The notes below the pieces were generated by a model that had not been told where the DNA came from, made no database searches, and worked only from the letters and a program-made list of their open reading frames with translations. The position numbers and the translations under genes were made by a program. From positions 32,277 through 96,276 of the forward strand of contig JADLFH010000076.1 in NCBI GenBank assembly GCA_020845705.1: DNA of 64,000 nt. Direction: 5' to 3'. This DNA comes from Microthrixaceae bacterium (GTDB lineage Bacteria > Actinomycetota > Acidimicrobiia > Acidimicrobiales > Microtrichaceae). Below are positions 27,685-34,523 of this stretch, in pieces (positions within the stretch are counted from its first letter, which is position 1; each line of letters starts with the position of its first letter).

Positions 27685-28182
27685 TTCAGAACTTCCGGGT
27701 CACGGCACCTCTCGGGCGGGGGACCCGGCACCGCAAGATCACGTGCTGGTGGCCAACGTGGTGGAGATGCTCGACGGCCGCGGCGGCTACAAGGGCCTCG
27801 ACAGCGCTGCGCTGCGCGACACCGTGGAGGCAGCGACGTGGCATCGCCGCCCGGGCATCGCGGGACGTGAAGCGCCAAACCGGCGTCGACGAACTACTTC
27901 CACGATGGCGGGGCGGAGCTGGAGGCAATCGGCTGGCCCGTCGAGCGCTTGGTCGCCCACCTGGGTTCGGCCTCGACCGTGCAGCCGGACCTGCCGTTCC
28001 CCATGACCGAAGCAGAGACCGACGACCTGGCCGCCGAGGTGCTCGACATCGACGGGCGGCTCCTGGCCAGCCACAAGGTCTTCACCCGCACGAACCTGAT
28101 CGCCGAGGTGGCGCCCCGCCTGTGCGGCCATGATCCCGCCGAGCTCGACCTTGGTACCCGACCACTTGACCTCCAGCCGTGA
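27685..28182 (+). pseudogene. frameshifted, N- and C-terminally truncated remnant of a MobF/TrwC-type relaxase
   Basis: 'FRVTAPLGRG' joins 'DPAPQDHVLVANVVEMLDGRGGYKGLDSAALRD' across a frameshift; compare the TrwC motif 'DPxLHxHxxxxN....DGRxxALD'. A further frame change leads to 'LTEAETDDLAAEVL...KVFTRTNLIAEVAPRL'. At least 3 frames are used and there is no start codon. Confidence 0.4.
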
Positions 28183-28229
28183 GGTGGTGCCCCTCATCGG
28201 CGTCGCCGGCGCCCGCGTGTCGATCGTGC

Positions 28230-28383
28230 CGGCGTGGCGCCAGGCGCTGCCTGCACACAGCAGCTCCGGAACGAGCCCACCGAGCACGACGAACTCGGGG
28301 CGACCGCCGTAGTGGTGCACCACGCGGACAAGCGCCGCCTCAGACGCGGCGCGAGCGGCGCGGGATCGCTCGGGTTCAGGCAT
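28230..28383 (-). pseudogene. truncated nucleotidyltransferase-like (AbiEii-type toxin?) N-terminal fragment
   Basis: 'MPEPERSRAARAASEAALVRVVHHYGGRPEFVVLGGLVPELLCAGSAWRHAGTID' then degenerates into shadow-like sequence that overlaps the relaxase remnant. Its ATG overlaps the upstream stop (ATGCCTGA). The end coordinate is approximate. Confidence 0.3.
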
Positions 28384-29353
28384 CGCCGACAACCTCCCAG
28401 AGGTGCTCCGCAGCCTCCTCGCCACGGATGCCCGAGGCGCGCAGGTCGGCGTAGATGCGGGGCCATGGCGCGACGCGGAGGTCACCAGCCGGGGCCGACA
28501 GCCGCTTGGTCACTGACGTGGGGAACGGACGCAAGACCAGGCGACCTCCCTCGATCGGCTTGAGGCCAGCGCGGTCCGCGACCTCGTCGAGCGTGGCCGG
28601 GGTCGGCGCATCGACGAAGGCGTCCAGGCCGCTCACCTCGGTTAGGTAGGGAGCGAGGACTGCGGCGGCAGCCGGGCCGGTGGCTGCCCATGCCAGGCCG
28701 TCGGCATCCCACCGCCGGCCGAGCTTCACCAGCTCGTCGGCGAGATCGCCGAGGACCCCAACACGGAGCATGAGGGGCTTGGTCGCAGCGAGAGCTGCAT
28801 CGGCGTACGCCGTCAACAGAGCCCGTCGGTCGACGAGCTCCCGTGCCGAGGCCCTCCCACGTGGCGCGTCGGCCTCGAGCAGCCCGAACGTCGTCAACGT
28901 CGCCAGCGCCTTCGTCGCAGAGCCGGCCGACAGACCGGTCGTTCGCTCGACGTTGGCCACCGTGGGGCGCGTGCCGAGCAGCAACGCCTCGGCCGTTCCG
29001 ATGACCGATGGCGTCCAGCGTGGGACCACCTCGGACTTCGTCTCAGGCCGACCGCTCCGGGAGACGACAAGGCCGGGCAGGGAGATCTCTGCTCCACCCG
29101 CCTCGTCCACCCACCCCAGCCCGGCGTCGGCGATCGCGACACGGGCCCCGGGCGACATGCGCCGCGCGACGACGACGTCGACGTCGCCCTTCGGGCGATC
29201 CAACACGACGCGGACGTCGCCGAGCCAACCCTCGCCTGCCCATGCGGCTCGGACGCGAGCGCCGGCCACGTCGACCAGCGCGATGCCCTCGCCCGAACGG
29301 GCGAGGCGCACAGGCGTGCCCGAAGGGAGGACGGCACGGATCGCCGTCTCCAT
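28376..29353 (-). CDS. AbiEi-like type IV antitoxin/transcriptional regulator (wHTH)
   Basis: Central wHTH 'TVANVERTTGLSAGSATKALATLTTFGLLEA' and a C-terminal 'RVAPWPRIYADLRASGIRGEEAAEHLWEV' that resembles AbiEi C-terminal domains. Start at ATG 29353 (METAIR...). Confidence 0.55.
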   Translation of the reverse strand: METAIRAVLPSGTPVRLARSGEGIALVDVAGARVRAAWAGEGWLGDVRVVLDRPKGDVDVVVARRMSPGARVAIADAGLGWVDEAGGAEISLPGLVVSRSGRPETKSEVVPRWTPSVIGTAEALLLGTRPTVANVERTTGLSAGSATKALATLTTFGLLEADAPRGRASARELVDRRALLTAYADAALAATKPLMLRVGVLGDLADELVKLGRRWDADGLAWAATGPAAAAVLAPYLTEVSGLDAFVDAPTPATLDEVADRAGLKPIEGGRLVLRPFPTSVTKRLSAPAGDLRVAPWPRIYADLRASGIRGEEAAEHLWEVVGDA

Positions 29354-29410
29354 CCTGCCGGAGCCGGCCTCCTGGTCGGTCGTGGTCACGACGACACAAT
29401 ACCTCAGCCA

Positions 29411-29436
29411 AGTGAAATACTCACTGTACAAGTGAG
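29411..29436. promoter_or_regulatory. operator-like array AGTGA-n5-TCACT-n5-AGTGA (10-bp phasing)
   Basis: Read directly: AGTGAaatacTCACTgtacaAGTGAG. It sits in the visibly AT-richer 152-bp divergent region between the AbiEi-like gene and gene F. Confidence 0.4.
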
Positions 29437-29505
29437 GATTTCGAATAGCTGATCCCTCCTCTCGCCCGACCATCCACCACCTGCGCCGGCTGGCAAGGCA
29501 CGCTG

Positions 29506-30549
29506 GTGAACATGGGTGGAGTGCCGCCGACGTTGCGTACTCGAACTGGTGAGGTCGCGTGGTACCTGTCCGCGTCGCTGGGTGCGGCTGAGGCCCACGA
29601 GTACGCGCATGCAAGCGGCGGTGTCGTGCTCCGCGGTGAGAAGGGGATTGAAACCGCCAACACCCTTCGACGCAACGGATGGACGGGACGCATCTGGCTC
29701 GACCCCGCAACGTACGAGCGACCTGGCAAGCAGTCGGATCTGACGCTCTTTGGCAACCGGTGGGCCGTTGCTCAGGATGATCTCGGCGTCGCCGAGCGGA
29801 TCAGTCCTGGATCCTTCGTGCCCGCCGGCGATCAGAGAGCACTACGGCGCGGACTTGCCAACGAGGTCGAATGGCTCGAGCGGGCGGGAGGAGGCCGGGC
29901 TTCGCTCGCGCTGCACGCGGGCTGGCTAGTCGACGGCACGCAACAGGTCATCGACGCACTCCGGCACCTCGACTCCCCGGTGGCCCTGGCTCTCGCCGAT
30001 CCGACCGACCCGCTGGGCCGCAGCGGTGCAGTCGCCGGCCTGGTCAGGATCGTCAGTGAGGTCGAGGACCTGATGCTGCTGCGCGGCGATCTCGGTGCGC
30101 TCGGAGCAGTGGCCCACGGTGCTCGGCAGGGAGCGATCGGTACGTCGACGATCGTCCGTCACGCCCTCCCGCCTGGGAAGCACGGGGGTGGGGTGCCTGG
30201 CGACAAGACCCCGTCGGTCTTCTGGCCGGAACTTCTTGGCTTCCGCTTGGGTTCCTTCATCGAGCAACTTCCGAGGGAGGCCGTACCCGTCTGCGACCTG
30301 GCGTGTTGCCTGGGGGCGCGCTTGAGCCGGTTCAACGACGAGCGGATGGAGGCTGAGGCGCGAGTCCACAACAGACTCGCGATCCAGGCACTCATCGACG
30401 CCGTGCTCCAACTGGCCGACTCGGAGCGGCCGGGTCGCTTCAGGTCGATGTGCCAGCAGGCAATCGTGGAGACGGAAACGCTCAGCGTGCGCGCTCGTCG
30501 GCAGATCGTCACCTCGCGGCAACTTGTTTCCTGGGCAGAGCTCAGCTGA
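29506..30549 (+). CDS. hypothetical protein (island gene F), family not recognised
   Basis: 347-aa ORF with GTG 29506 or ATG 29512 as start. Balanced, coding-like composition and no motif I can name. Its stop overlaps the convergent gene E stop in the palindrome TCAGCTGA. Confidence 0.65.
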   Translation: MNMGGVPPTLRTRTGEVAWYLSASLGAAEAHEYAHASGGVVLRGEKGIETANTLRRNGWTGRIWLDPATYERPGKQSDLTLFGNRWAVAQDDLGVAERISPGSFVPAGDQRALRRGLANEVEWLERAGGGRASLALHAGWLVDGTQQVIDALRHLDSPVALALADPTDPLGRSGAVAGLVRIVSEVEDLMLLRGDLGALGAVAHGARQGAIGTSTIVRHALPPGKHGGGVPGDKTPSVFWPELLGFRLGSFIEQLPREAVPVCDLACCLGARLSRFNDERMEAEARVHNRLAIQALIDAVLQLADSERPGRFRSMCQQAIVETETLSVRARRQIVTSRQLVSWAELS

Positions 30550-31132
30550 CTCGGACGAGCTCCGCGTAGAGCATCTCGGCGAGGTGCCATTGATAGGCGC
30601 CAATGTCGGGCCGCACGGGCTGCGCATGGTTGAGCACACGGATCTCGGCGCCTTCGGCCAAGCCCACGGCGACTCCGAAGAGTTGTGCATTCAGCAGCGT
30701 TGGGTCGGTGGGCGCGGGCGACGTTCCTGTGACTACCGCAGCTGTGGCGCACACTGACGAGAGCTGACCGATTGCGCCCAGGATTCGGGAGAGGCTGCCA
30801 GCAGTCGCAGCTGCAGCGTGGATGGTCAGCGGAGGGCGTAGGTCTCGCCGGACCGTTCTGGCGGCGTGACCATCGACGCCCACACTCAGACGGTCGACCA
30901 CCCAATCGGGAAGTGCGTTCGGCGGGAACTCGATGCCTGCCGGAAGCTCCCACAGGGCGTTGATCGTCCGGCGGTCAGTGATCGCACCCACACCGGCATC
31001 GTCTCGACGACGCACCTCCTCGGGGTCGACGTCGACGAAGAAGAGCACCGGCACCTGAGCCAGCGGGTGCTCGATTGCGATCGAGCCGGCGAAGCCGAAT
31101 GCGTCCCGAACGACCTCAGCGCTCGGGCTCAC
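30542..31132 (-). CDS. hypothetical protein (island gene E), co-translated with the XRE regulator
   Basis: 196-aa ORF. Its GTG start overlaps the XRE stop (GTGA, 31129..31132). Family not recognised. Confidence 0.6.
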   Translation of the reverse strand: MSPSAEVVRDAFGFAGSIAIEHPLAQVPVLFFVDVDPEEVRRRDDAGVGAITDRRTINALWELPAGIEFPPNALPDWVVDRLSVGVDGHAARTVRRDLRPPLTIHAAAATAGSLSRILGAIGQLSSVCATAAVVTGTSPAPTDPTLLNAQLFGVAVGLAEGAEIRVLNHAQPVRPDIGAYQWHLAEMLYAELVRVS

Positions 31133-31377
31133 GGCCGCGACCCCGCGTCGAGCTGCTCGAGCGAGACCCCTAGTGCCCGGGCGAGATCGGCGACGTTGAA
31201 GAAGCTCGGGCCAATGCTGCGACCACCGAGGACCGCTCGCACCGTCTCGTAGTGCACGCCCGACTCAGTTGATAGGTCGTGAACACTCCAACCGCGCTCG
31301 TCTCTGGCCGAGATCAGGTCGGCAACCAGACGTTCGGCCCGAACCCGCTCGCTCTCTTGAATCGCTCTCCGACCCAT
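31129..31377 (-). CDS. XRE-family helix-turn-helix transcriptional regulator
   Basis: 'ARDERGWSVHDLSTESGVHYETVRAVLGG...FFNVADLARALGVSLEQL' is a typical Cro/C1-type HTH. 82 aa. Confidence 0.85.
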   Translation of the reverse strand: MGRRAIQESERVRAERLVADLISARDERGWSVHDLSTESGVHYETVRAVLGGRSIGPSFFNVADLARALGVSLEQLDAGSRP

Positions 31378-31406
31378 TCGTGTAACAATACCGGATTGTT
31401 ACACGA
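31378..31406. promoter_or_regulatory. perfect 12-5-12 palindrome TCGTGTAACAAT-accgg-ATTGTTACACGA abutting the XRE start codon
   Basis: Read directly. On the coding strand it ends at position -1 of the ATG and contains TATTGT at -13..-8. This suggests a leaderless transcript with an operator overlapping the -10 element. Confidence 0.6.
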
Positions 31407-31514
31407 CATCGACGGAGCCGGAGGCCTCGGTGCCGCGCCCGGCCAACCGACGGAAGCGCGCAAGCCGCCCGCGCAGACTTCGACCTGCGGCCCCCGGGAA
31501 CGCCGGGTCCCTCT

Positions 31515-31534
31515 CCCGCCGCTGCTGCGGCGGG
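31515..31534 (-). terminator. GC hairpin (8-bp stem, 4-nt loop) about 65 nt downstream of the gene D stop
   Basis: CCCGCCGC-tgct-GCGGCGGG read directly. There is no U-tract. Confidence 0.25.
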
Positions 31535-31598
31535 CTGCCGTCAACTACTGGCGTCTCGTGCGCAGCACGCAACGGCCAGCAAGGCCGGATCGACGTGA

Positions 31599-32717
31599 TC
31601 AGTTCGATGCTGGGCCGGACTCAACGGATCGGAAACCACGCACCAAGACGCTGGTTCCGCCGGTCGAGTCGGGAGGACAGAGACAGATCCGCGATGTGCT
31701 GCAAGACGCTCGGTCCTGGAAGCTGACGAAGCCTGGGCCCTCGGGTGCCACCGCGATCGGCTCGCCGATCCAGTCCGCGACCGGTGCAGAGCTCAGGAAG
31801 AACGGGGTGAACTCGCCGCCCCGATCCCAGGCGCCGATCTGAGGCTCGACGTGCCCGGTCGGATCAGCTGCGTGGTAGGGGTAGCCAAGAGCGATGTCGG
31901 CGGTGACCTGGTCGGCTGTCTCTGCGAATCCTTGGAACGACGCGTGGCCTCGGAACGTGCAGCCGACGAGGAGGGTGCCCGCCTCCGTCGTTAGCCGGCC
32001 GCAGATGACCCTGAAATCGCCGCCGGGCCTCCCTCGGTCCATCCAACGCTTCGCTCGATCCCAGTCCCGCCGGTCCGTGGAGTCCCACTTGGGCTCCTCC
32101 GGATGAAGGCGGGTCGCGACGCCTGCCTGGTGCCGCAACGGAAAGCCCGTCCACTCGCCACCGGCCGCTCGGTGGATCGCCTTGGGGCACACCTCCCAGA
32201 AGAAGCGAGCAGCATCGAGGAACGTGTCGAGTACGTCGCTCCCCAGGAGATGAGCGTCGTAGTGGACACGCAACCCCTGCGTGTTGGGACGAAGGGATCG
32301 ATGTACCCGACGCGGGACATCGGCCCAGAGCGCGGACGTGCGAAAGCCGAGGGCCATGTTGTTGCCGACAACTCGCGCAGGGTCCGGCACCACCGGGTGA
32401 ATCAGGTGCTGGCCGACGTTGCGCACATACCGGAGCCCCTCAATCGTCTCGGCACCCGGATCGCCACCAGCGAGTCGCCCGGCGAAGACCTGCTGGTATC
32501 GGGCCTTCTGACCGAAGTCGTGCTGCAGCACCTCGTGCACCTTCTGGATGAACGCGACCGTCGCTCGCACCGGAGTGGTGAACTGCTCGGCGTCCTCGAC
32601 GAATCCGGTGGTGCCCAGGTAGTAGTCCGTGATCGACACCTGCAGGTCCCGCATAGCCGAACGGAGCGGCTCGACCTCGTTGGCTCTCGGCCGAACAGTT
32701 CGTGGCTGCATCGTCAC
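31599..32717 (-). CDS. hypothetical protein (island gene D) with HEPN-like R-N-x3-H motif
   Basis: 372-aa ORF. 'GLRYVRNVGQHLIH' (residues 99-104, DNA 32406..32423) fits the Rx4-6H HEPN signature. The rest is unrecognised. Confidence 0.7.
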   Translation of the reverse strand: MTMQPRTVRPRANEVEPLRSAMRDLQVSITDYYLGTTGFVEDAEQFTTPVRATVAFIQKVHEVLQHDFGQKARYQQVFAGRLAGGDPGAETIEGLRYVRNVGQHLIHPVVPDPARVVGNNMALGFRTSALWADVPRRVHRSLRPNTQGLRVHYDAHLLGSDVLDTFLDAARFFWEVCPKAIHRAAGGEWTGFPLRHQAGVATRLHPEEPKWDSTDRRDWDRAKRWMDRGRPGGDFRVICGRLTTEAGTLLVGCTFRGHASFQGFAETADQVTADIALGYPYHAADPTGHVEPQIGAWDRGGEFTPFFLSSAPVADWIGEPIAVAPEGPGFVSFQDRASCSTSRICLCPPDSTGGTSVLVRGFRSVESGPASN

Positions 32718-32818
32718 GGTCGAAGAATCGTCAGCGCGGACTGGTGGCTGAAGTTCTGCTCAGGTGATTGCGGCCGAACCACACGTCAGGGGTCATGGCA
32801 ATCGAACCTTCGTCCAGG

Positions 32819-33535
32819 CTACGGCCCGCTGGCGGTCGGCGCTTCGTCCTCGGAGGGGTCGTCGTAGCCGACGAAGACCGCCGGGAGCCGCTCTTCCAGA
32901 TCGACGAGCGCGACGTGCGCACCCTCATCGGCCGTGAAGTCGCAGATCCTGCGATCGAGGGAGCCGAAGCGCTCCTCGAACACCGCTCGCTCGCGGGGCG
33001 AACGGTCGAGCCCCCACGAGGCCTTCGAGGTGGAGGTTCGCAGGAACCGGATCGGGCGGTCACCGAGCACGTACAGCTCGGCCCGACGCCCCGAAGCATT
33101 CGCGGCGAGGTGCACGAGGTCCTTGAACACCTGGCGCTTCCGCATGGCGTCGGTACCGCCCCATCGGGAGAGCTTGAACTCAGCGACCCGCCGCTCGGTC
33201 TCGGCGTCGAACGGACGAGACGGGTCGTTGCCCGCGGCGAGTGATGGACGAACCAGCTGCTCATCGGGTTCGAGCAGATGCGGGAGGGCGAGCGCGATGG
33301 CGGTGGCATGGATCAGGTCGTTCATCCGCCCCAGGCGAGCGCGCACGACGAGCGCTGACTGCAGGAGACGACGATCGACCTTGGCGGCATCCAGGAGGGA
33401 CGGGATGTCGCCGACACGAACACCTTCGAGCTCGTGCTCGAGGCGTGCGATCCGCGTCGTGAGCTCCTCGTCTCCGAGGAACCCGACCAAGACGTCGAGA
33501 CTCTCGGGAAGGTTGACGCCCTCAGGGTCCGACAT
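32819..33535 (-). CDS. hypothetical protein (island gene C) with PD-(D/E)xK-like motif
   Basis: 238-aa ORF. 'PFDAETERRVAEFKLSRW' gives D110...E119-x-K121 (DNA 33173..33208). Family not recognised. Confidence 0.7.
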   Translation of the reverse strand: MSDPEGVNLPESLDVLVGFLGDEELTTRIARLEHELEGVRVGDIPSLLDAAKVDRRLLQSALVVRARLGRMNDLIHATAIALALPHLLEPDEQLVRPSLAAGNDPSRPFDAETERRVAEFKLSRWGGTDAMRKRQVFKDLVHLAANASGRRAELYVLGDRPIRFLRTSTSKASWGLDRSPRERAVFEERFGSLDRRICDFTADEGAHVALVDLEERLPAVFVGYDDPSEDEAPTASGP

Positions 33536-33547
33536 CTCGGCCTGCGG

Positions 33548-33796
33548 CTACGCAGACGGCAGAAGGTCGCGGTGCTCCTCGACGGTGCCGTCGAGCATTT
33601 GCAGGGTGATGCCTCGCTCGATGTCGACCGAGATGATCTGGGCCACCGCGGGCTCGGCATCCTCGCAGCCGACCACCGCGTACTGACCGGCGACCGGGAC
33701 GAAGCCCTCGCGGACATCGCTGAGGCGCGTCCACAGTCGACCGTCGTTGGTCATGTCCATGAAGTCGACGGCGATGTCGTAGTTGGTCGTGTCCAT
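33548..33796 (-). CDS. small acidic hypothetical protein (island gene B)
   Basis: ATG 33796 (MDTTNYDIAVDF...), 82 aa, GC3-biased. It starts 11 bp after the gene A stop and ends 12 bp before the gene C start. Confidence 0.55.
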   Translation of the reverse strand: MDTTNYDIAVDFMDMTNDGRLWTRLSDVREGFVPVAGQYAVVGCEDAEPAVAQIISVDIERGITLQMLDGTVEEHRDLLPSA

Positions 33797-33807
33797 GGCT
33801 CCTCCGC

Positions 33808-34269
33808 TCACCAAGGCTCCCGCGGGTGTTCGAGCCCAGGGTTGGGAATGGGCTCGTCGAAGCATCGAAGGAGCCGACCCAGCGTCACCTCCGACAGGTC
33901 GGAGAGAGCGATCGTGTAGTGGGGCGCGTCGAAGGTGGCGACGACCGGGAACCCTGCAGCCCGCAATCGGCCAAAGGTCGACAGCCGGACCTGGCGGTAC
34001 CTCCGCAGCCTCGGACTCGTCCGGCACGCCTCCGGGACCGAGAGATCCATCGCCCCTTCGACCGAGATCCCGAGGAGCCCGTAGCCCTCCAGGCAGCGAT
34101 TGGCTGCGTCCTCGACGCTCTGCTCGCTCAGCACGCCGGCCCGGATCACGACGACGGCGTCGTCCGGAGGCTGTTCGTCCCGCGTGGGCAAGCGGTGTTC
34201 CACGGGCACGAACCTACCCCGAGGGTGAGACAGCGATCCGTTCTCCGCCCAACCTCCGCCCAAAACCAT
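33808..34269 (-). CDS. hypothetical protein (island gene A)
   Basis: ORF 33808..34392(-) trimmed to ATG 34269, because the longer form would run into the tRNA gene. A later GTG start is possible. Family not recognised. Confidence 0.55.
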   Translation of the reverse strand: MVLGGGWAENGSLSHPRGRFVPVEHRLPTRDEQPPDDAVVVIRAGVLSEQSVEDAANRCLEGYGLLGISVEGAMDLSVPEACRTSPRLRRYRQVRLSTFGRLRAAGFPVVATFDAPHYTIALSDLSEVTLGRLLRCFDEPIPNPGLEHPREPW

Positions 34270-34317
34270 CCGAGAATCGAGGGATCTGGCGGTCTCTGGC
34301 GGACATACCCACAAGCG

Positions 34318-34345
34318 GCTGACCAGGCTATTCACCCTGGTCAGC
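34318..34345 (-). terminator. hairpin (10-bp perfect stem, 8-nt loop) 15 nt downstream of tRNA-Arg
   Basis: GCTGACCAGG-ctattcac-CCTGGTCAGC read directly. Only a weak T-rich tail follows on the tRNA strand. Confidence 0.45.
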
Positions 34346-34360
34346 CGCCGATTCGCGGGG

Positions 34361-34433
34361 CGCCCCCGGCAGGATTCGAACCTGCGACGCACGGTTTAGG
34401 AAACCGACGCTCTATCCCCTGAGCTACGAGGGC
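34361..34433 (-). tRNA. tRNA-Arg (anticodon CCT)
   Basis: The reverse complement folds as a cloverleaf: GCCCTCG/TA/GCTC-AGGGGATA-GAGC/G/TCGGT-TTCCTAA-ACCGT/GCGTC/GCAGG-TTCGAAT-CCTGC/CGGGGGC/G. The acceptor stem is 7 bp with one G-U, the T-loop is canonical, and anticodon CCT is flanked by T33 and A37. 73 nt, with no encoded CCA. Confidence 0.9.
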
Positions 34434-34523
34434 ATGTGGGCACAGTTGTGCGGATCTCTCCACTCTCGACGACCACGCTTCAGATGGTAGGCGGCCCATG
34501 ACCGATACCGACACGGCGCAAGG

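Larger units (their letters stand above)
27640..34360. mobile_element. decayed integrative (conjugative/mobilisable) element or genomic island abutting the 3' end of tRNA-Arg
   Basis: The 3' end of the tRNA gene faces the block. The block holds a relaxase remnant, a broken AbiEi/NTase pair, an XRE regulator and unrecognised ORFs. No integrase is present, no convincing att repeat was found, and the left border is approximate. Confidence 0.45.

Noticed and set aside
27787-28485. The 232-aa minus-strand ORF considered as an intact gene.
   Set aside because: Only about 50 codons after ATG 28383 look protein-like. The remainder is R/G/H-rich and overlaps better-looking plus-strand relaxase fragments. 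It is therefore treated as a truncated pseudogene rather than a full CDS.
27640-34360. A search for an integrase, recombinase or transposase in the island.
   Set aside because: No frame shows tyrosine- or serine-recombinase or DDE motifs that I can recognise. The element is therefore called decayed, not an active ICE or prophage.
33808-34392. The extended 194-aa form of island gene A.
   Set aside because: The first about 40 codons ('MRRRFESCRGRPANRR...') overlap the tRNA-Arg gene and its downstream hairpin and look non-coding. The start was moved to ATG 34269.
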